DNA of 64,000 nt from Actinomycetota bacterium (GTDB lineage: Bacteria > Actinomycetota > CADDZG01 > JAHWKV01). A program made the translations under genes and the position numbers. Location of the stretch: NCBI GenBank assembly GCA_036258795.1, contig DATACZ010000026.1:12552-76551 (forward strand). The letters are read 5' to 3'. Below the pieces are notes generated by a model. The model worked only from the letters and a program-made list of their open reading frames with translations. It had not been told where the DNA came from and ran no database searches. Positions 1 to 10,402 of this stretch are shown piece after piece; the first letter of the stretch is position 1; the number at the start of each line of letters is the position of its first letter.

Positions 1-291
1 GCCAGGACCCCTCTCGTACCGATCGGTCTCGCGCTGTTCGTGGTGTCGGCAGCCTTTTGGATGCTGGTTCTCTCCAGGATCCCCCTCAGCTATGCCTATC
101 CCTTCGTGGGACTGACCTACGTCCTCATCACGGTCTTCGACAAGATCTTCCTCAAGGAACACATTCCCGCACTGAGGTGGGCCGGAGTCGCTCTTATCGT
201 GATCGGCATCCTGCTGGTGGGAAACACGGGAGGCGCAGAGCCGTCACAGCTTGATGCCACCGGCTCAGCGGAAACCTCGGCTCCTCATTAG
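1..291 (+). CDS. C-terminal fragment of a small EamA/SMR-type membrane protein (ArnE/ArnF-like undecaprenyl-phosphate-aminoarabinose flippase subunit family); 5' end lies outside the window
   Basis: Hydrophobic segments 'FWMLVLSRIPLSYAYPFVGLTYVLITVF...ALIVIGILLV' are typical of the 4-TM EamA/SMR fold. It lies directly upstream of the GDP-sugar genes. Confidence 0.5.
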   Translation, partial: ARTPLVPIGLALFVVSAAFWMLVLSRIPLSYAYPFVGLTYVLITVFDKIFLKEHIPALRWAGVALIVIGILLVGNTGGAEPSQLDATGSAETSAPH

Positions 292-320
292 CACCTTTAC
301 TTAGCCGCTCGGGAGTCCTA

Positions 321-1247
321 ATGAAGGTGGTGGTTACCGGCGCCTCTGGCTTTGTAGGAAGGTACCTGGTCGCCCACTTTGTTCAGCTGGGCTACGAGGT
401 TGTCGCTCTCGTGCGGCGCCCGCAGGCATTACCGGGCGTTCGCACCGAGCAGGTAGACATCGAGAATTACCGGGCGGTCCTGGACTGCATGTCGAGGGTT
501 AGACCGGATGCCGTGATCCACTGCGCCGCTCAGTCCTCGGTTTCCAGGTCATGGGACGACCCTGACCTCACCTATCGCACCAACATCGGTGGTACCGCAA
601 ACCTGCTGGAAGCTCTCAAGCAGCGATCGGTCAAGCTCCTCCTTGTGGGATCCGCACAGCAGTACGGCCGCTCACCAACGGGGCGTCCTCTGAAAGAGAG
701 CGACGAGTTGGCCGCTCGGTCGCCGTATGCGGTAAGCAAGCTGGCTCAGGAACACATGGGATTGGCTTACCACCGGCGCTACGGCATCCAAGTCGTCGCC
801 ACCAGGCCCTTCAATCACACGGGGCCGGGGCAGAGTCCCGAGTACGCCGTGGGATCGTTTTGCTCTCAGGTAGCGGCGATGGAAAAAGGAACGATCAGGC
901 ACCTGCGGGTGGGAAACTTAGATGCCATACGGGACCTCCTGGATGTCAGGGATGTGGTTGCGGCATACGGAAGGCTGCTGGAGTCCGGGAAGGCGGGAGA
1001 GGTCTACAACGTCTGCTGCGGGCGAGGGGTTCGGATGGGAGACCTCCTGGCCAGGCTCATGGAAATGGCCGGGCTTCCGCCCGATGTTCCCGTAACTGCC
1101 GATGGCTTGGGTGCACCCGATGTGTTGGTGGGCGATCCGTCCAAAATACGGTCAGCAGTGGGATGGGTCCCTGAGGTCAGCCTCGACCGCTCGCTGGCGG
1201 AGTCGCTCGACTGGTACCGTAGCCGGATGAAGGCAGATCTGGCATGA
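321..1247 (+). CDS. NAD-dependent epimerase/dehydratase (SDR), likely GDP-4-keto-6-deoxy-D-mannose reductase (Rmd-like)
   Basis: N-terminal Rossmann motif '[15 protein letters not shown]' and a YxxxK active-site region. The stop overlaps the gmd start (ATGA), indicating an operon with gmd. Confidence 0.7.
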   Translation: MKVVVTGASGFVGRYLVAHFVQLGYEVVALVRRPQALPGVRTEQVDIENYRAVLDCMSRVRPDAVIHCAAQSSVSRSWDDPDLTYRTNIGGTANLLEALKQRSVKLLLVGSAQQYGRSPTGRPLKESDELAARSPYAVSKLAQEHMGLAYHRRYGIQVVATRPFNHTGPGQSPEYAVGSFCSQVAAMEKGTIRHLRVGNLDAIRDLLDVRDVVAAYGRLLESGKAGEVYNVCCGRGVRMGDLLARLMEMAGLPPDVPVTADGLGAPDVLVGDPSKIRSAVGWVPEVSLDRSLAESLDWYRSRMKADLA

Positions 1248-2245
1248 AAAAGGCTCTGGTAACCGGCGCGACGGGACAGGACGGCTCTTACCTGGTCGAG
1301 CTCCTGCTGTCCAAGGGTTACGAGGTGCACGGCGTGGTTCGTCGCTCTTCGTCATTCAACACCAGCCGTCTCGACGGCGTGTACAGGGATCCCCACGAGT
1401 CCGGGGTCATGTTCTTCAAGCACTATGCCGACCTAGCAGACTCCGCCTCTCTTCTCTCGCTAGTTGCCGAGATCCGGCCAGACGAGATCTACAACCTGGG
1501 CGCCCAAAGCCACGTTCTGGTGTCGTTCGAGATCCCGGAGTACACCTCCGATATAAGCGGGGTTGGCGTCACTCGCATCCTGGAGGCCATAAGGACCTCA
1601 GGGGTGCAATGCCGTTTTTACCAGGCTTCCTCCTCGGAGATGTTCGGGGCGGCCCCGGCGCCACAGAACGAGAAGACGCCCTTTTACCCGAGAAGTCCCT
1701 ACGGAGCAGCAAAGCTGTTCGGGCACTGGATCACCATCAATTACCGGGAGGCTCACGACCTCTTCGCTTGCAGCGGAATCCTGTTCAACCACGAGTCGCC
1801 GCGTCGAGGAGAGAACTTCGTCACTCGCAAGATCACCCGAGCGGTGGCGAGGATCAAGGCCGGAATGCAGGACAGGCTGTACCTCGGCAACCTGGATTCC
1901 ATCAGGGATTGGGGTTACGCACCCGAGTACGTCGAGGCGATGTGGCTCATGCTCCAGCAAGCGGAGCCGGGCGATTTCGTGATTGCCACGGGAGAGGGCC
2001 ACACTCCCCGGGAGTTCTGCCAGATCGCGTTCGACCATGCCGGGCTTGACTGGGAGCGGTACGTGGAGGTGGACCCTCGTTACTACCGCCCGACTGAGGT
2101 CTACCACCTCAGAGGAGACGCCTCCAGGGCCAGGGAGGTGCTGGGCTGGGAGCCTCGTACGACCTTCAGGGAGTTGGTGGAGTTGATGGTCGACGCCGAC
2201 ATCCAGCTTCTCGACGACGAGCTTAGCGGCCGCCTGGTTAGGTGA
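1244..2245 (+). CDS. gmd: GDP-mannose 4,6-dehydratase
   Basis: '[42 protein letters not shown]' is the canonical Gmd N-terminus. 333 aa. Confidence 0.95.
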   Translation: MKKALVTGATGQDGSYLVELLLSKGYEVHGVVRRSSSFNTSRLDGVYRDPHESGVMFFKHYADLADSASLLSLVAEIRPDEIYNLGAQSHVLVSFEIPEYTSDISGVGVTRILEAIRTSGVQCRFYQASSSEMFGAAPAPQNEKTPFYPRSPYGAAKLFGHWITINYREAHDLFACSGILFNHESPRRGENFVTRKITRAVARIKAGMQDRLYLGNLDSIRDWGYAPEYVEAMWLMLQQAEPGDFVIATGEGHTPREFCQIAFDHAGLDWERYVEVDPRYYRPTEVYHLRGDASRAREVLGWEPRTTFRELVELMVDADIQLLDDELSGRLVR

Positions 2246-3204
2246 CAAAAGCCAGTGCCGTAGTCACGGGTGGGGCCGGATTCATCGGAAGCCACCTGGT
2301 GGACAGGCTGACCGCCGAAGGTCATAGGGTTCTGGTCATCGACAACTTGGTCTCCGGGGATGCTCGCCTTCCGTACCTGGACGCCGCCGGGGCAGTGCTG
2401 GAGAAGGTCGACATACGCGAGGCACGCGCGGCGGAGATTATCGAGGCTTTCCGCCCATCCGAGGTCTATCACCTGGCGGCTCAGGCCGACGTCCGCAGAT
2501 CCGTCGCCGATCCGATCTACGACGCCGGCGTGAACATCCTGGGAACCCTGCAAATTCTCCAAGCTGCCGCGGAGATTGGGGCCCGGGTGGTATCCGCATC
2601 CTCGGGCGGGTGCATCTATGGGGACGCTGAAGCCGCAGCTCTTCCACTCGATGAGAGCTCACCCCGCAACCCTGACTCCCCTTACGGGATCAGCAAATCC
2701 GTCATGGACGATTACCTCCACTTTTACGGGGCCACCCGTGGACTGCAATTCGTCAACCTGGCCCTTGGCAATGTTTATGGACCCAGACAGGACCCGTTGG
2801 GGGAGGCCGGTGTCGTGGCGATATTCGGGCTGCGATTGTTAAAGGGTGAGCCGTGCGTCATCTTTGGTGACGGCCATCAGACCAGGGATTTCATTTACGT
2901 TGCGGATGTGGCCGAGGCATTCTTCCTCGGCGCAAGCAGGGGAGAGGGGAAGATCTTGAACATCGGTTCGGGGGTCGAGACCAGCGTGAACGAGCTGTAT
3001 GGGGCCCTTGCCGAGATATGCGGGTCGGACCAAGAGCCTCGCTATGACCCACCGCGGGCCGGGGAGCTCCAACGCAGCTGCTTGAATAGCGCCCTGGCCA
3101 AGAACGTACTGGGCTGGGCCCCCATGGTGGATCTCAAGGATGGGCTTCGCAGGACCGTCGATTTTCTCCGGGAGCAGCTCGAGAACCAGACTGCTAGTAA
3201 CTGA
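2242..3204 (+). CDS. NAD-dependent sugar epimerase/dehydratase (GalE/UDP-glucose 4-epimerase family)
   Basis: '[17 protein letters not shown]' Rossmann motif. 320 aa. Start overlaps the gmd stop. Confidence 0.8.
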   Translation: MTKASAVVTGGAGFIGSHLVDRLTAEGHRVLVIDNLVSGDARLPYLDAAGAVLEKVDIREARAAEIIEAFRPSEVYHLAAQADVRRSVADPIYDAGVNILGTLQILQAAAEIGARVVSASSGGCIYGDAEAAALPLDESSPRNPDSPYGISKSVMDDYLHFYGATRGLQFVNLALGNVYGPRQDPLGEAGVVAIFGLRLLKGEPCVIFGDGHQTRDFIYVADVAEAFFLGASRGEGKILNIGSGVETSVNELYGALAEICGSDQEPRYDPPRAGELQRSCLNSALAKNVLGWAPMVDLKDGLRRTVDFLREQLENQTASN

Positions 3205-3211
3205 CCGGGGC

Positions 3212-4440
3212 CTAGCGTGCCCCCACCAGTTCCGGGTGCCGGGCCATCGGATCCGGCGGCGGCCCGTTGGGCCCGTACCAGATCCACTCGCCCCCGACTC
3301 GATCCACCATGTATCCGTGGTAGGTCTTGAGGTAGTGGTGCCACTCGCAGAGCCGGCAGAGGTTCTTCAGCAAGGTTCGTCCCCGGTGGTGCACCGGGAT
3401 GATGTGGTCGATCTCCAGCCCCTCGTGCTCGCCACATCCAGGAACCACACAGATCGGATCCCGCGCTACCACGGCGGTTCTCAGCCGCTCCGGGATGGTG
3501 CGCCCTAGGTGGGAAACCGCCTTGATGTCCTGGCCGTCTGCCACCACCGCCGCCAGAAAGGCGTCGGAGGCAAAGGCCAGGGCAGCAGCCACCGGTATGG
3601 GGCCCACCCCGGGCACCTCACAGACCTCACCCGGCTCGAGGTAGCCACGTCTGAGGGCTGAGTAGTCCACCCGGACGTGAACTACAGCCCTCGGTCCGGG
3701 CGAAGCGGGTCTTCTGACCCTTGGCAGTGTCTGGCCATCGCCACCAGGGCGTCGGCGGCGTAGGCCGCAGCAGGCTCCTTGTTCGCAGCTCGCAAGCAAA
3801 CCCGCTTACTAAACGGCTCCAGCGCCGCCAGGATCACCGCCCCCGACTCTGGGGTAAACCGCCCATAAAGGCGGAAGGCCCCCTCCAGGTCGGTAAAGTG
3901 CCGAAGGTATCGGCGTCGGTGAAGGTAGTCGTGCTGCTCGGGCTCGGATCGTGCCGCCGCCCTTACCTTGGCACACTCGCGTCTAAGCCCGACAAGCTCC
4001 TCCAGCTCAGCCAGCGCCAGGAGGTCTTGCTGGGATTCGGGGCAAAGCGCCGCTGCCGAGGCGATCTCCTCCACCTGCGGCTCAGAGAGGTCTCCCCGCC
4101 GGTATGCCGCCTCGGTATCGGGAAGGGACTCGAGCAGCTCCGCGGTTTGAAGCACCGCCACCGCCCGCCCGACCGAGGTCCCTGCCACCGCTGCCATCCA
4201 GTGGGCGGGAGACCGCTCGCCCGTGTCCCACCACGCCCCCGAGTCGGCCACCTGCCGGGCCGCCAGCGCCTTTCCTGCCGCCCCGAGGCGCTCCACCCGG
4301 CAGAACTTCTCGAAAAGGCGGCGGGAAGCTGCCCGCTCGAGGTCGGTTGCATCCAGCTGCTGAAGGCTTTCCTCCAAAAGCGATAGCGCTTTGTCCAAAG
4401 ACTCGAACATAGGTTCGATAGTAGAGGGCAGATATGACAA
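3212..4440 (-). pseudogene. DUF222/HNH endonuclease (actinobacterial REP13E12-like) split by a frameshift into two overlapping ORFs (N-terminal DUF222 part 3682..4440; C-terminal HNH part 3212..3799)
   Basis: N-terminal ORF 'LDATDLERAASRRLFEKFCRVERLGAAGKALAARQVADSGAWW' matches the DUF222 domain. C-terminal ORF 'DHIIPVHHRGRTLLKNLCRLCEWHHYLKT' matches the HNH motif. Both are on the same strand in different frames and overlap over 3682-3799. Confidence 0.7.
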
Positions 4441-4475
4441 AATCGGGCTTTCTACGCCGAAGAGAATCTTTTCAA

Positions 4476-5198
4476 CTAGAGAAACAGATCCTCCTGGGGG
4501 GAGCGTAAGAGCTGCCGGGCGTTGCCCCGCCCCCGGGGAACCATAGCCCCCTTCACGATGGCGACGGGAACCCCGTCGGACTTCCCCATGACCAGCTCTG
4601 CCGCACCGGCTACCTCGTCGGCTATGGCGATGTTGGTTACCAGGAGCACCTGACCAAATGAGTCGAGGGCCTCTCTGTAGTTCCTGGTTGGCAGCATCCC
4701 CGCAACGCCGATGGCCACGTTGACCTGTCCGATCCTCCAGGCTCGGCCGAAGGTATCGGTGATGATCACGGCGACGTCGACCCCTCCGAGCCTATGGAGC
4801 TGGCTCCGGATCCTTCGTGCCGATTTATCCGGATCCAGGGGAAGAAGGCTCACCCAACCGGGCTCCACGTTGGAGGAGTCCACTCCTGCGTTGGCGCACA
4901 CGAAGCCGTGCCTGGTCTGGGCTATGACCAGGTTCCCACGCCTCCGCAGGATTCGGGCCGACTCCGCCTCGATCAGGCGTTCACGGGCCTCGACGTCGTC
5001 TCGGTCAAGGCGCACCACCCTGCCCTCGGACTTCGAGACTATCTTGTGTGTCACCACCACTACGTCCCCATCCTCGAGGCGAAGGGCCATCTGCCGGCAG
5101 GCGTCCAAGATCCTCTCCGCCACTGAGTCACCAGGGGCAATCTCCCCCTGGATCTTGACCCCGAGGATGCTGAGTGCGGGCACCTCAGGCATCGACAA
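4476..5198 (-). CDS. cofE: Coenzyme F420-0:L-glutamate ligase, single-domain CofE type
   Basis: 240 aa, CofE-like sequence. Overlaps cofD. Confidence 0.8.
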   Translation of the reverse strand: MSMPEVPALSILGVKIQGEIAPGDSVAERILDACRQMALRLEDGDVVVVTHKIVSKSEGRVVRLDRDDVEARERLIEAESARILRRRGNLVIAQTRHGFVCANAGVDSSNVEPGWVSLLPLDPDKSARRIRSQLHRLGGVDVAVIITDTFGRAWRIGQVNVAIGVAGMLPTRNYREALDSFGQVLLVTNIAIADEVAGAAELVMGKSDGVPVAIVKGAMVPRGRGNARQLLRSPQEDLFL

Positions 5199-6108
5199 TG
5201 ACCTGAGCCAACCTGCGAGCGTCGGAGGTGCCCTTCATCACTGTGTCCGTGACCAATGGCCTTACGCCGAGATAATTGATGCGGTCAGCGTCGGGTACAT
5301 CCACTTCATCGATGACGAGCGTCCCGCAGAAGCTGCTGTAAAGCCAGGCCACGCCGAAGGCGCTCGTCTCAGCGCCCGCCACCGGCATGAGCTCGGCAGC
5401 AGGCCCCTTGAGGGCCCGCCCTCCAACAATCGGTGAGATACCGAAGACTGCCGGCCTCCGGGCTCGGAGAGCTTCCCTTATTCCGGGGACGGCGAGAATT
5501 GGGCCAATGCTGAGAAGGGGGTTGGAGGGGCATACGATGATCCGGTCGGCGACCGCGATGGCTTCAAGCACCCCCGCCGCCGGAGATGCCGAGTCTGCAC
5601 CTTCGAAGCGGACTTCCGAAACTGGCTCCCGGTGTGAGAATCGAACGAAATACTCCTGGAACGGCCGGTCGACTCCTCCTTCGGTGATCACCCGGGTTCT
5701 AACGGGCTGATCGCTCATGGGCAGAATCTGAGTCTCTACGCCCAGTGAGCGGCGTATACGGTCGGTTACCTGGGACAACGTAAAGCCCTCCATCAACAAA
5801 GTCGTCCTGGCAAGGTGCGTGCCGATATCCCTGTCGTACAGGGAAAACCAGGGATCGACCCCATACCGCGACATCTGGTCAAGAGCGTGGCTGGTGTCAC
5901 CCCGTATTCCCCAACCCTTCAGCTCATCGACGACGCCTGCCAGGGTGTAGGTGAGGGTATCCAGGTCGGGGCTGACGTGGAGACCGTGGATGATCGCGTC
6001 GTCGCCGGTGTTCCCGATAACCGTGACGCTGGTCGGGTCGACGGCCTCCACGAGGCCCTTCAGGAACTTGGCGGCTCCAACGCCACCGGCAAGGGTGGTG
6101 ATCCGCAT
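5185..6108 (-). CDS. cofD: 2-phospho-L-lactate transferase (F420 biosynthesis)
   Basis: 'MRITTLAGGVGAAKFLKGL' matches the CofD/FbiA N-terminus. 307 aa. Confidence 0.9.
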   Translation of the reverse strand: MRITTLAGGVGAAKFLKGLVEAVDPTSVTVIGNTGDDAIIHGLHVSPDLDTLTYTLAGVVDELKGWGIRGDTSHALDQMSRYGVDPWFSLYDRDIGTHLARTTLLMEGFTLSQVTDRIRRSLGVETQILPMSDQPVRTRVITEGGVDRPFQEYFVRFSHREPVSEVRFEGADSASPAAGVLEAIAVADRIIVCPSNPLLSIGPILAVPGIREALRARRPAVFGISPIVGGRALKGPAAELMPVAGAETSAFGVAWLYSSFCGTLVIDEVDVPDADRINYLGVRPLVTDTVMKGTSDARRLAQVIVDA

Positions 6109-6146
6109 CAGGCAGTCATTCCCGGGCGAGGAGGGCGGTCATCAGA

Positions 6147-8615
6147 TTGATAGCTGTAACGGGATCCTTCAATAGGGCAGCTGCCTCCGGCATGGAGAGG
6201 TACCACGCTTCAAGGGAGGACAGTATCATCGGCGCCATGGCGGCAATCGATCGGTCCGAGGCTCTTGATTTAGCTCGAGAGCTTGAATCGGGAGCCAGCC
6301 CAGTACTCTTGAGGCGGGCGGCGGCCATAAGAGACCGCGAGTGGGGCAACGTGATCACCTACTCCCCCAAAGTCTTCATACCCCTCACCAAGCTATGCCG
6401 GGACGTCTGCCATTACTGCACCTTCGCTCGCCCCCCCGCCGGCGGGGAGAGGGCTTACATGACCATGGACGAGGTGCTGGAGCTGGCGAAGAGCGCGGTG
6501 GCGGCCGGGTGTAAGGAGGCGCTGTTCACCCTCGGGGACAAGCCCGAGCTTCGCTATAAGAAGGCGGCGCGAGAGCTGGCTGAGATGGGGGTCTCCACCA
6601 CGCTGGAGTACCTATCCCATGCGGCCGGGACGGTGATGGAGCGTACCGGCCTTCTTCCGCATCTCAATGCCGGAGTTATGACCGCCGGCGAGCTGGGCGC
6701 CTTGAGACAGAGCGCACCCTCGATGGGAATCATGCTGGAGTCCACCTCTCCGCGGTTAGCACAAAAAGGAGGGCCCCATTTTGGCTCTCCCGACAAGGAT
6801 CCCGCGGTTCGACTTGAAACCATCGACGAGGCCGGTAGGCAGAGAATTCCCTTCACGACGGGGATCCTGATCGGAATAGGGGAGACGTTCCGGGAACAGG
6901 CGGAGTCGTTGCTAGAGATTCAGCGCTCCCACCTGGAGCACCGGCACATCCAAGAAGTCATCATCCAAAACTTCAGGGCGAAGCCGGGAACCTTGATGCA
7001 GGCACACCCCGAGCCGGACCTGAGGGACATGGTTCGTACCATCGTGCTCGCCCGGCTCATCCTGGATCCGGAGATCAGCCTGCAGGCGCCTCCCAACCTG
7101 GCCGGCCTAGGTGCTCCTGCCTACGACGGGGATGACGTGACCCGGCCGATGGAGCGCCTGGACGAGGAGCTGGCCGCCTACCTGGATGCGGGAATCAACG
7201 ACTGGGGCGGCGTGTCGCCGGTCACTCCCGATCACGTGAACCCGGAAGCTCCTTGGCCTCAAATCGACCGCCTGAGGAGTGTGACCGAGTCCTGCGGCTT
7301 CATGCTGGCCCCCAGGCTGACGATTTACCCGAGATATGCGTTCAACCCTGATTGGGTGGCGCCCAAGGTTCGTCCTTACGTTCTGAAGCTGGCAGATTCC
7401 GCGGGCCTCTCTCGCGACCTAAGCTGGTTTCCTGGCGAGGCGGTCCACCCCCCGGACGTCATCGCCTTGCCGTTCTGGTGGTCCGGGCGTGAGTCGGTGA
7501 AGCCCAGGCCGGCGTTTGAGCGGGCGCTTGAAAAGGCTTCCACAGGGAAGGAGCTCGCCGAGGAAGAGATCGCCCTTCTGTTTTCCGCGAGAGGGCCCGA
7601 GATGACCGCTCTCACGCATGCGGCGGATCAGCTGCGCCGTGATACGAACGGCGAGACGGTCACCTTCGTTATCAACCGCAACATCAACTACACGAACATG
7701 TGCTACTTCAAGTGCGGGTTCTGTGCGTTCAGCAAAGGCCCGCGGTCTCTCAATCTGCGCGGAGACCCGTACCTGCTGGATCTGGAGGAGATTGCTCGGC
7801 GCACCGTTGAGGCCCACAACGCCGGGGCAACTGAGGTGTGCCTCCAGGGAGGCATCCACCCATCGTTTACCGGTGACTTTTACTTGAGCGTGCTCCGAGT
7901 CATAAAGGAGGCGGTGCCGGAGATCCACGTTCATGCCTTCAGCCCTCTGGAGGTGTGGCAGGGAGCGGCGACCAAGGGGATGGAAATCCGTGACTTTCTC
8001 TGGCAGCTGAAGGACAACGGACTCAGCACACTTCCGGGAACGGCGGCTGAGGTCCTGGACGACACCGTAAGGGCGGTGATCTGCCCCGACAAGATCAACA
8101 CCGCTCAATGGTCACTGGTTGCCACCACAGCTCACTCCCTGGGACTCAGGATGACCACTACGATCATGTTCGGCCATGCGGACTCGTACCTGTCTTGGGC
8201 GCGTCATCTCGTGGTCCTCAGAGAGATACAGAAGCGCACCGGTGGGTTCACCGAATTTGTCCCGCTCCCGTTCGTTCACATGGCCGCCCCGCTCTATCTG
8301 AAGGGAAAGGCGCGAAGAGGGCCCACCTTTGAGGAGGCGATAAAGATGCACTCCGTTGCCAGGCTGGCGCTTCATCCCTGGATCACCAACATCCAGGCAT
8401 CATGGGTCAAGATGGGTCCAGAGGGAGCGCAGGCGGCTCTCCAGGCCGGGTGCAACGATCTGGGGGGGACCCTGATGAATGAGATCATCTCCCGCTCTGC
8501 CGGCGCTTCCCATGGACAGGAGCTGGGCCCGGAGGAGATGAAGAGATTGGCCGGTGAGCTGGGCAGGCCATGGGCTCGGCGGAGCACCGTGTACGAGATT
8601 CTGCAGACTGCCTAA
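6147..8615 (+). CDS. fbiC: FO synthase, bifunctional CofG/CofH radical-SAM enzyme
   Basis: 822 aa with two radical-SAM cysteine motifs, 'CRDVCHYCTF' and 'CYFKCGFCAF'. Divergent from cofD. Confidence 0.95.
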   Translation: MIAVTGSFNRAAASGMERYHASREDSIIGAMAAIDRSEALDLARELESGASPVLLRRAAAIRDREWGNVITYSPKVFIPLTKLCRDVCHYCTFARPPAGGERAYMTMDEVLELAKSAVAAGCKEALFTLGDKPELRYKKAARELAEMGVSTTLEYLSHAAGTVMERTGLLPHLNAGVMTAGELGALRQSAPSMGIMLESTSPRLAQKGGPHFGSPDKDPAVRLETIDEAGRQRIPFTTGILIGIGETFREQAESLLEIQRSHLEHRHIQEVIIQNFRAKPGTLMQAHPEPDLRDMVRTIVLARLILDPEISLQAPPNLAGLGAPAYDGDDVTRPMERLDEELAAYLDAGINDWGGVSPVTPDHVNPEAPWPQIDRLRSVTESCGFMLAPRLTIYPRYAFNPDWVAPKVRPYVLKLADSAGLSRDLSWFPGEAVHPPDVIALPFWWSGRESVKPRPAFERALEKASTGKELAEEEIALLFSARGPEMTALTHAADQLRRDTNGETVTFVINRNINYTNMCYFKCGFCAFSKGPRSLNLRGDPYLLDLEEIARRTVEAHNAGATEVCLQGGIHPSFTGDFYLSVLRVIKEAVPEIHVHAFSPLEVWQGAATKGMEIRDFLWQLKDNGLSTLPGTAAEVLDDTVRAVICPDKINTAQWSLVATTAHSLGLRMTTTIMFGHADSYLSWARHLVVLREIQKRTGGFTEFVPLPFVHMAAPLYLKGKARRGPTFEEAIKMHSVARLALHPWITNIQASWVKMGPEGAQAALQAGCNDLGGTLMNEIISRSAGASHGQELGPEEMKRLAGELGRPWARRSTVYEILQTA

Positions 8616-8675
8616 AGCTCCCCACGGCAGGCAACAATCCAGCCTGAAGGGCAGAACGGGTCTACCATTGTTGTC

Positions 8676-10331
8676 GTGGAACAAGACGCTGGCGGACTCC
8701 CTTCGGATGCGAGCTCCGAGCCGGACCCCCTGGGCGACGACGTAAAGGATCAAGTCCCTGCCAGCGGACAGGGGCTATCCGACTCCTCCCCCAGGCCGGT
8801 CGAGCCGCCTCCTGCCCCTCCGCGTCCGGCTGATAGCACGCCGGAACAATCTCAGGTGACCAACCTCCGGCCCATAGGCCCCGATCCGGCCCCTTCCCGG
8901 ACCGGCGACTTATCCCGGGTGTTGGACCCTAGGCAAGGATTTAGGCAAAGGCCGGCCCCGGGCGGACGGCCGGATTACACGGACCGTATCGACTCCCTGC
9001 TGGCGTCGGCCCTTCAGGAGCAGTCTCGCGAGAAGCGCTTCCTCATGGAGACCGTCTACGGCGCGAAGTCGGCATTGGTCAAGGCTCAGGAGGAGCTCAC
9101 CGCAATCAGGGAGCTGGTTGCCGCTCGCGACAAGGAGCTAATTGGCCTGCTCGAGTCACGGCTGCCCGGAGTTGAGACCGACCACCTGACGGGCAGGGTG
9201 GAGGCGATCGAGCGCTTGGTTGGCCAAACCGATCAGTCGCTGGTACACACGCTGGAATCCCGCCTGGAAGAGGTAGATAGCCAGGACGTCAACAAAAGGA
9301 TCGATGCCGTCAACGGGCGAATCGATGCCATCGAGGAAGCCATCATTGAGCTGGCGGACAGGGTTAGCCAGGTGCCTCAGACGTTCAGGAACGACCTCGA
9401 AGCGTCCTCCGTCGCCCTCAGTGATCGCATGAGCGAGGAAGCGGCGGAGGTAATCAACAACGTGCGAAGCATTTCAGATGCCTTTATGGCCGATCTGAGA
9501 GAGGACGCCGTGGAGATGGTCCGGACGCTTCGCCTCCTTTCCGAGACGGTTGTAGAGGATGTCAAGCGTGCGCTGGAGGCATCCAGAAAACAGACGCTGA
9601 ATGCCCTTCAGCTCTCGCGCAAGCAAAGCGTCGATTTGATGAAGTCGGTGGCGGGCAACGTCAACGAAACCACCAAGATCACCGCGGAGGCTCTCGCCGA
9701 GCATCTAACCTCCTATCTATCCCAGAGGGAGGAAAGGATCGCCAGGGCGCGCGATCAGGTGCTTGTGGATCTGGTCCGGGAGCTGGGGGGGAACCTGAAG
9801 CGGCGCGACCGGCGAAAGCTCGGTCAGGCCGTCAGCGAATCACAGGACAACCCGGGAGGTGGCTCACAGCTAGCCTCCAGCACCACTCCAGCTCCGAGCT
9901 GGCAGCCTTTTCGGTCTCCTCCACCCATGTCGATGGCAGACCCCAACAGTGTCCTCGCCGCCAGCGATCCTCGAACCGGACTGAGCCAGTCGGGCCCAGT
10001 TTCCGCGGCCCGGATGATCGCAGAGCCGTTGGACGATTTCGAGGAAGATATGAACGAGTACCTTCGGGTCCCTCCTCCCGGTGCGCCATCGGACTCTGAA
10101 CCAGGAAAACCAAAGCGAGACCGCGCTCCGGAAAGCCGGAAGCGGAGCGGGGACAATCCACCGGCTGGGTCTACTCCCGCCCGGGGACGTGCGTCGACCA
10201 AAACCAAGAAAGCTGCACCGGACGAGGAGCAGGGCTCCTCGAGGAGGGCGGCAAACCCGAGAGGCGGATCGACCGGCACATCCGGCAAGTCAATGAGATA
10301 CCGGGGGCGGAGCGCAGTCTCCGGAGAGTAG
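8676..10331 (+). CDS. Hypothetical coiled-coil protein with Pro/Ser-rich disordered termini
   Basis: 551-aa ORF with coding-like codon usage. The central region has heptad-like repeats ('RIDAVNGRIDAIEEAIIELADRV'). No recognisable catalytic motif. Confidence 0.5.
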   Translation: MEQDAGGLPSDASSEPDPLGDDVKDQVPASGQGLSDSSPRPVEPPPAPPRPADSTPEQSQVTNLRPIGPDPAPSRTGDLSRVLDPRQGFRQRPAPGGRPDYTDRIDSLLASALQEQSREKRFLMETVYGAKSALVKAQEELTAIRELVAARDKELIGLLESRLPGVETDHLTGRVEAIERLVGQTDQSLVHTLESRLEEVDSQDVNKRIDAVNGRIDAIEEAIIELADRVSQVPQTFRNDLEASSVALSDRMSEEAAEVINNVRSISDAFMADLREDAVEMVRTLRLLSETVVEDVKRALEASRKQTLNALQLSRKQSVDLMKSVAGNVNETTKITAEALAEHLTSYLSQREERIARARDQVLVDLVRELGGNLKRRDRRKLGQAVSESQDNPGGGSQLASSTTPAPSWQPFRSPPPMSMADPNSVLAASDPRTGLSQSGPVSAARMIAEPLDDFEEDMNEYLRVPPPGAPSDSEPGKPKRDRAPESRKRSGDNPPAGSTPARGRASTKTKKAAPDEEQGSSRRAANPRGGSTGTSGKSMRYRGRSAVSGE

Positions 10332-10402
10332 TACAGGAGGGCCGGAGCCTATAATCCGGCATTGCGAATTCCCTCCTTCCGCAGTTGCGACACTCGGCCT
10401 AA

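Noticed and set aside
1598-2248. Long antisense ORFs inside confidently assigned genes (e.g. 1598..2248- in gmd, 7419..8108- in fbiC, 59432..60601+ in pntB, 10349..10894- at the GT2 start, 33449..33859- and 33893..34612- in the GT4 gene, 35564..36361+ in the GH57-GlgB fusion)
   Set aside because: High GC content generates long stop-free antisense frames. Their products are low-complexity and Arg/Pro/Gly-rich, with no motifs, and each fully overlaps a gene with strong homology.
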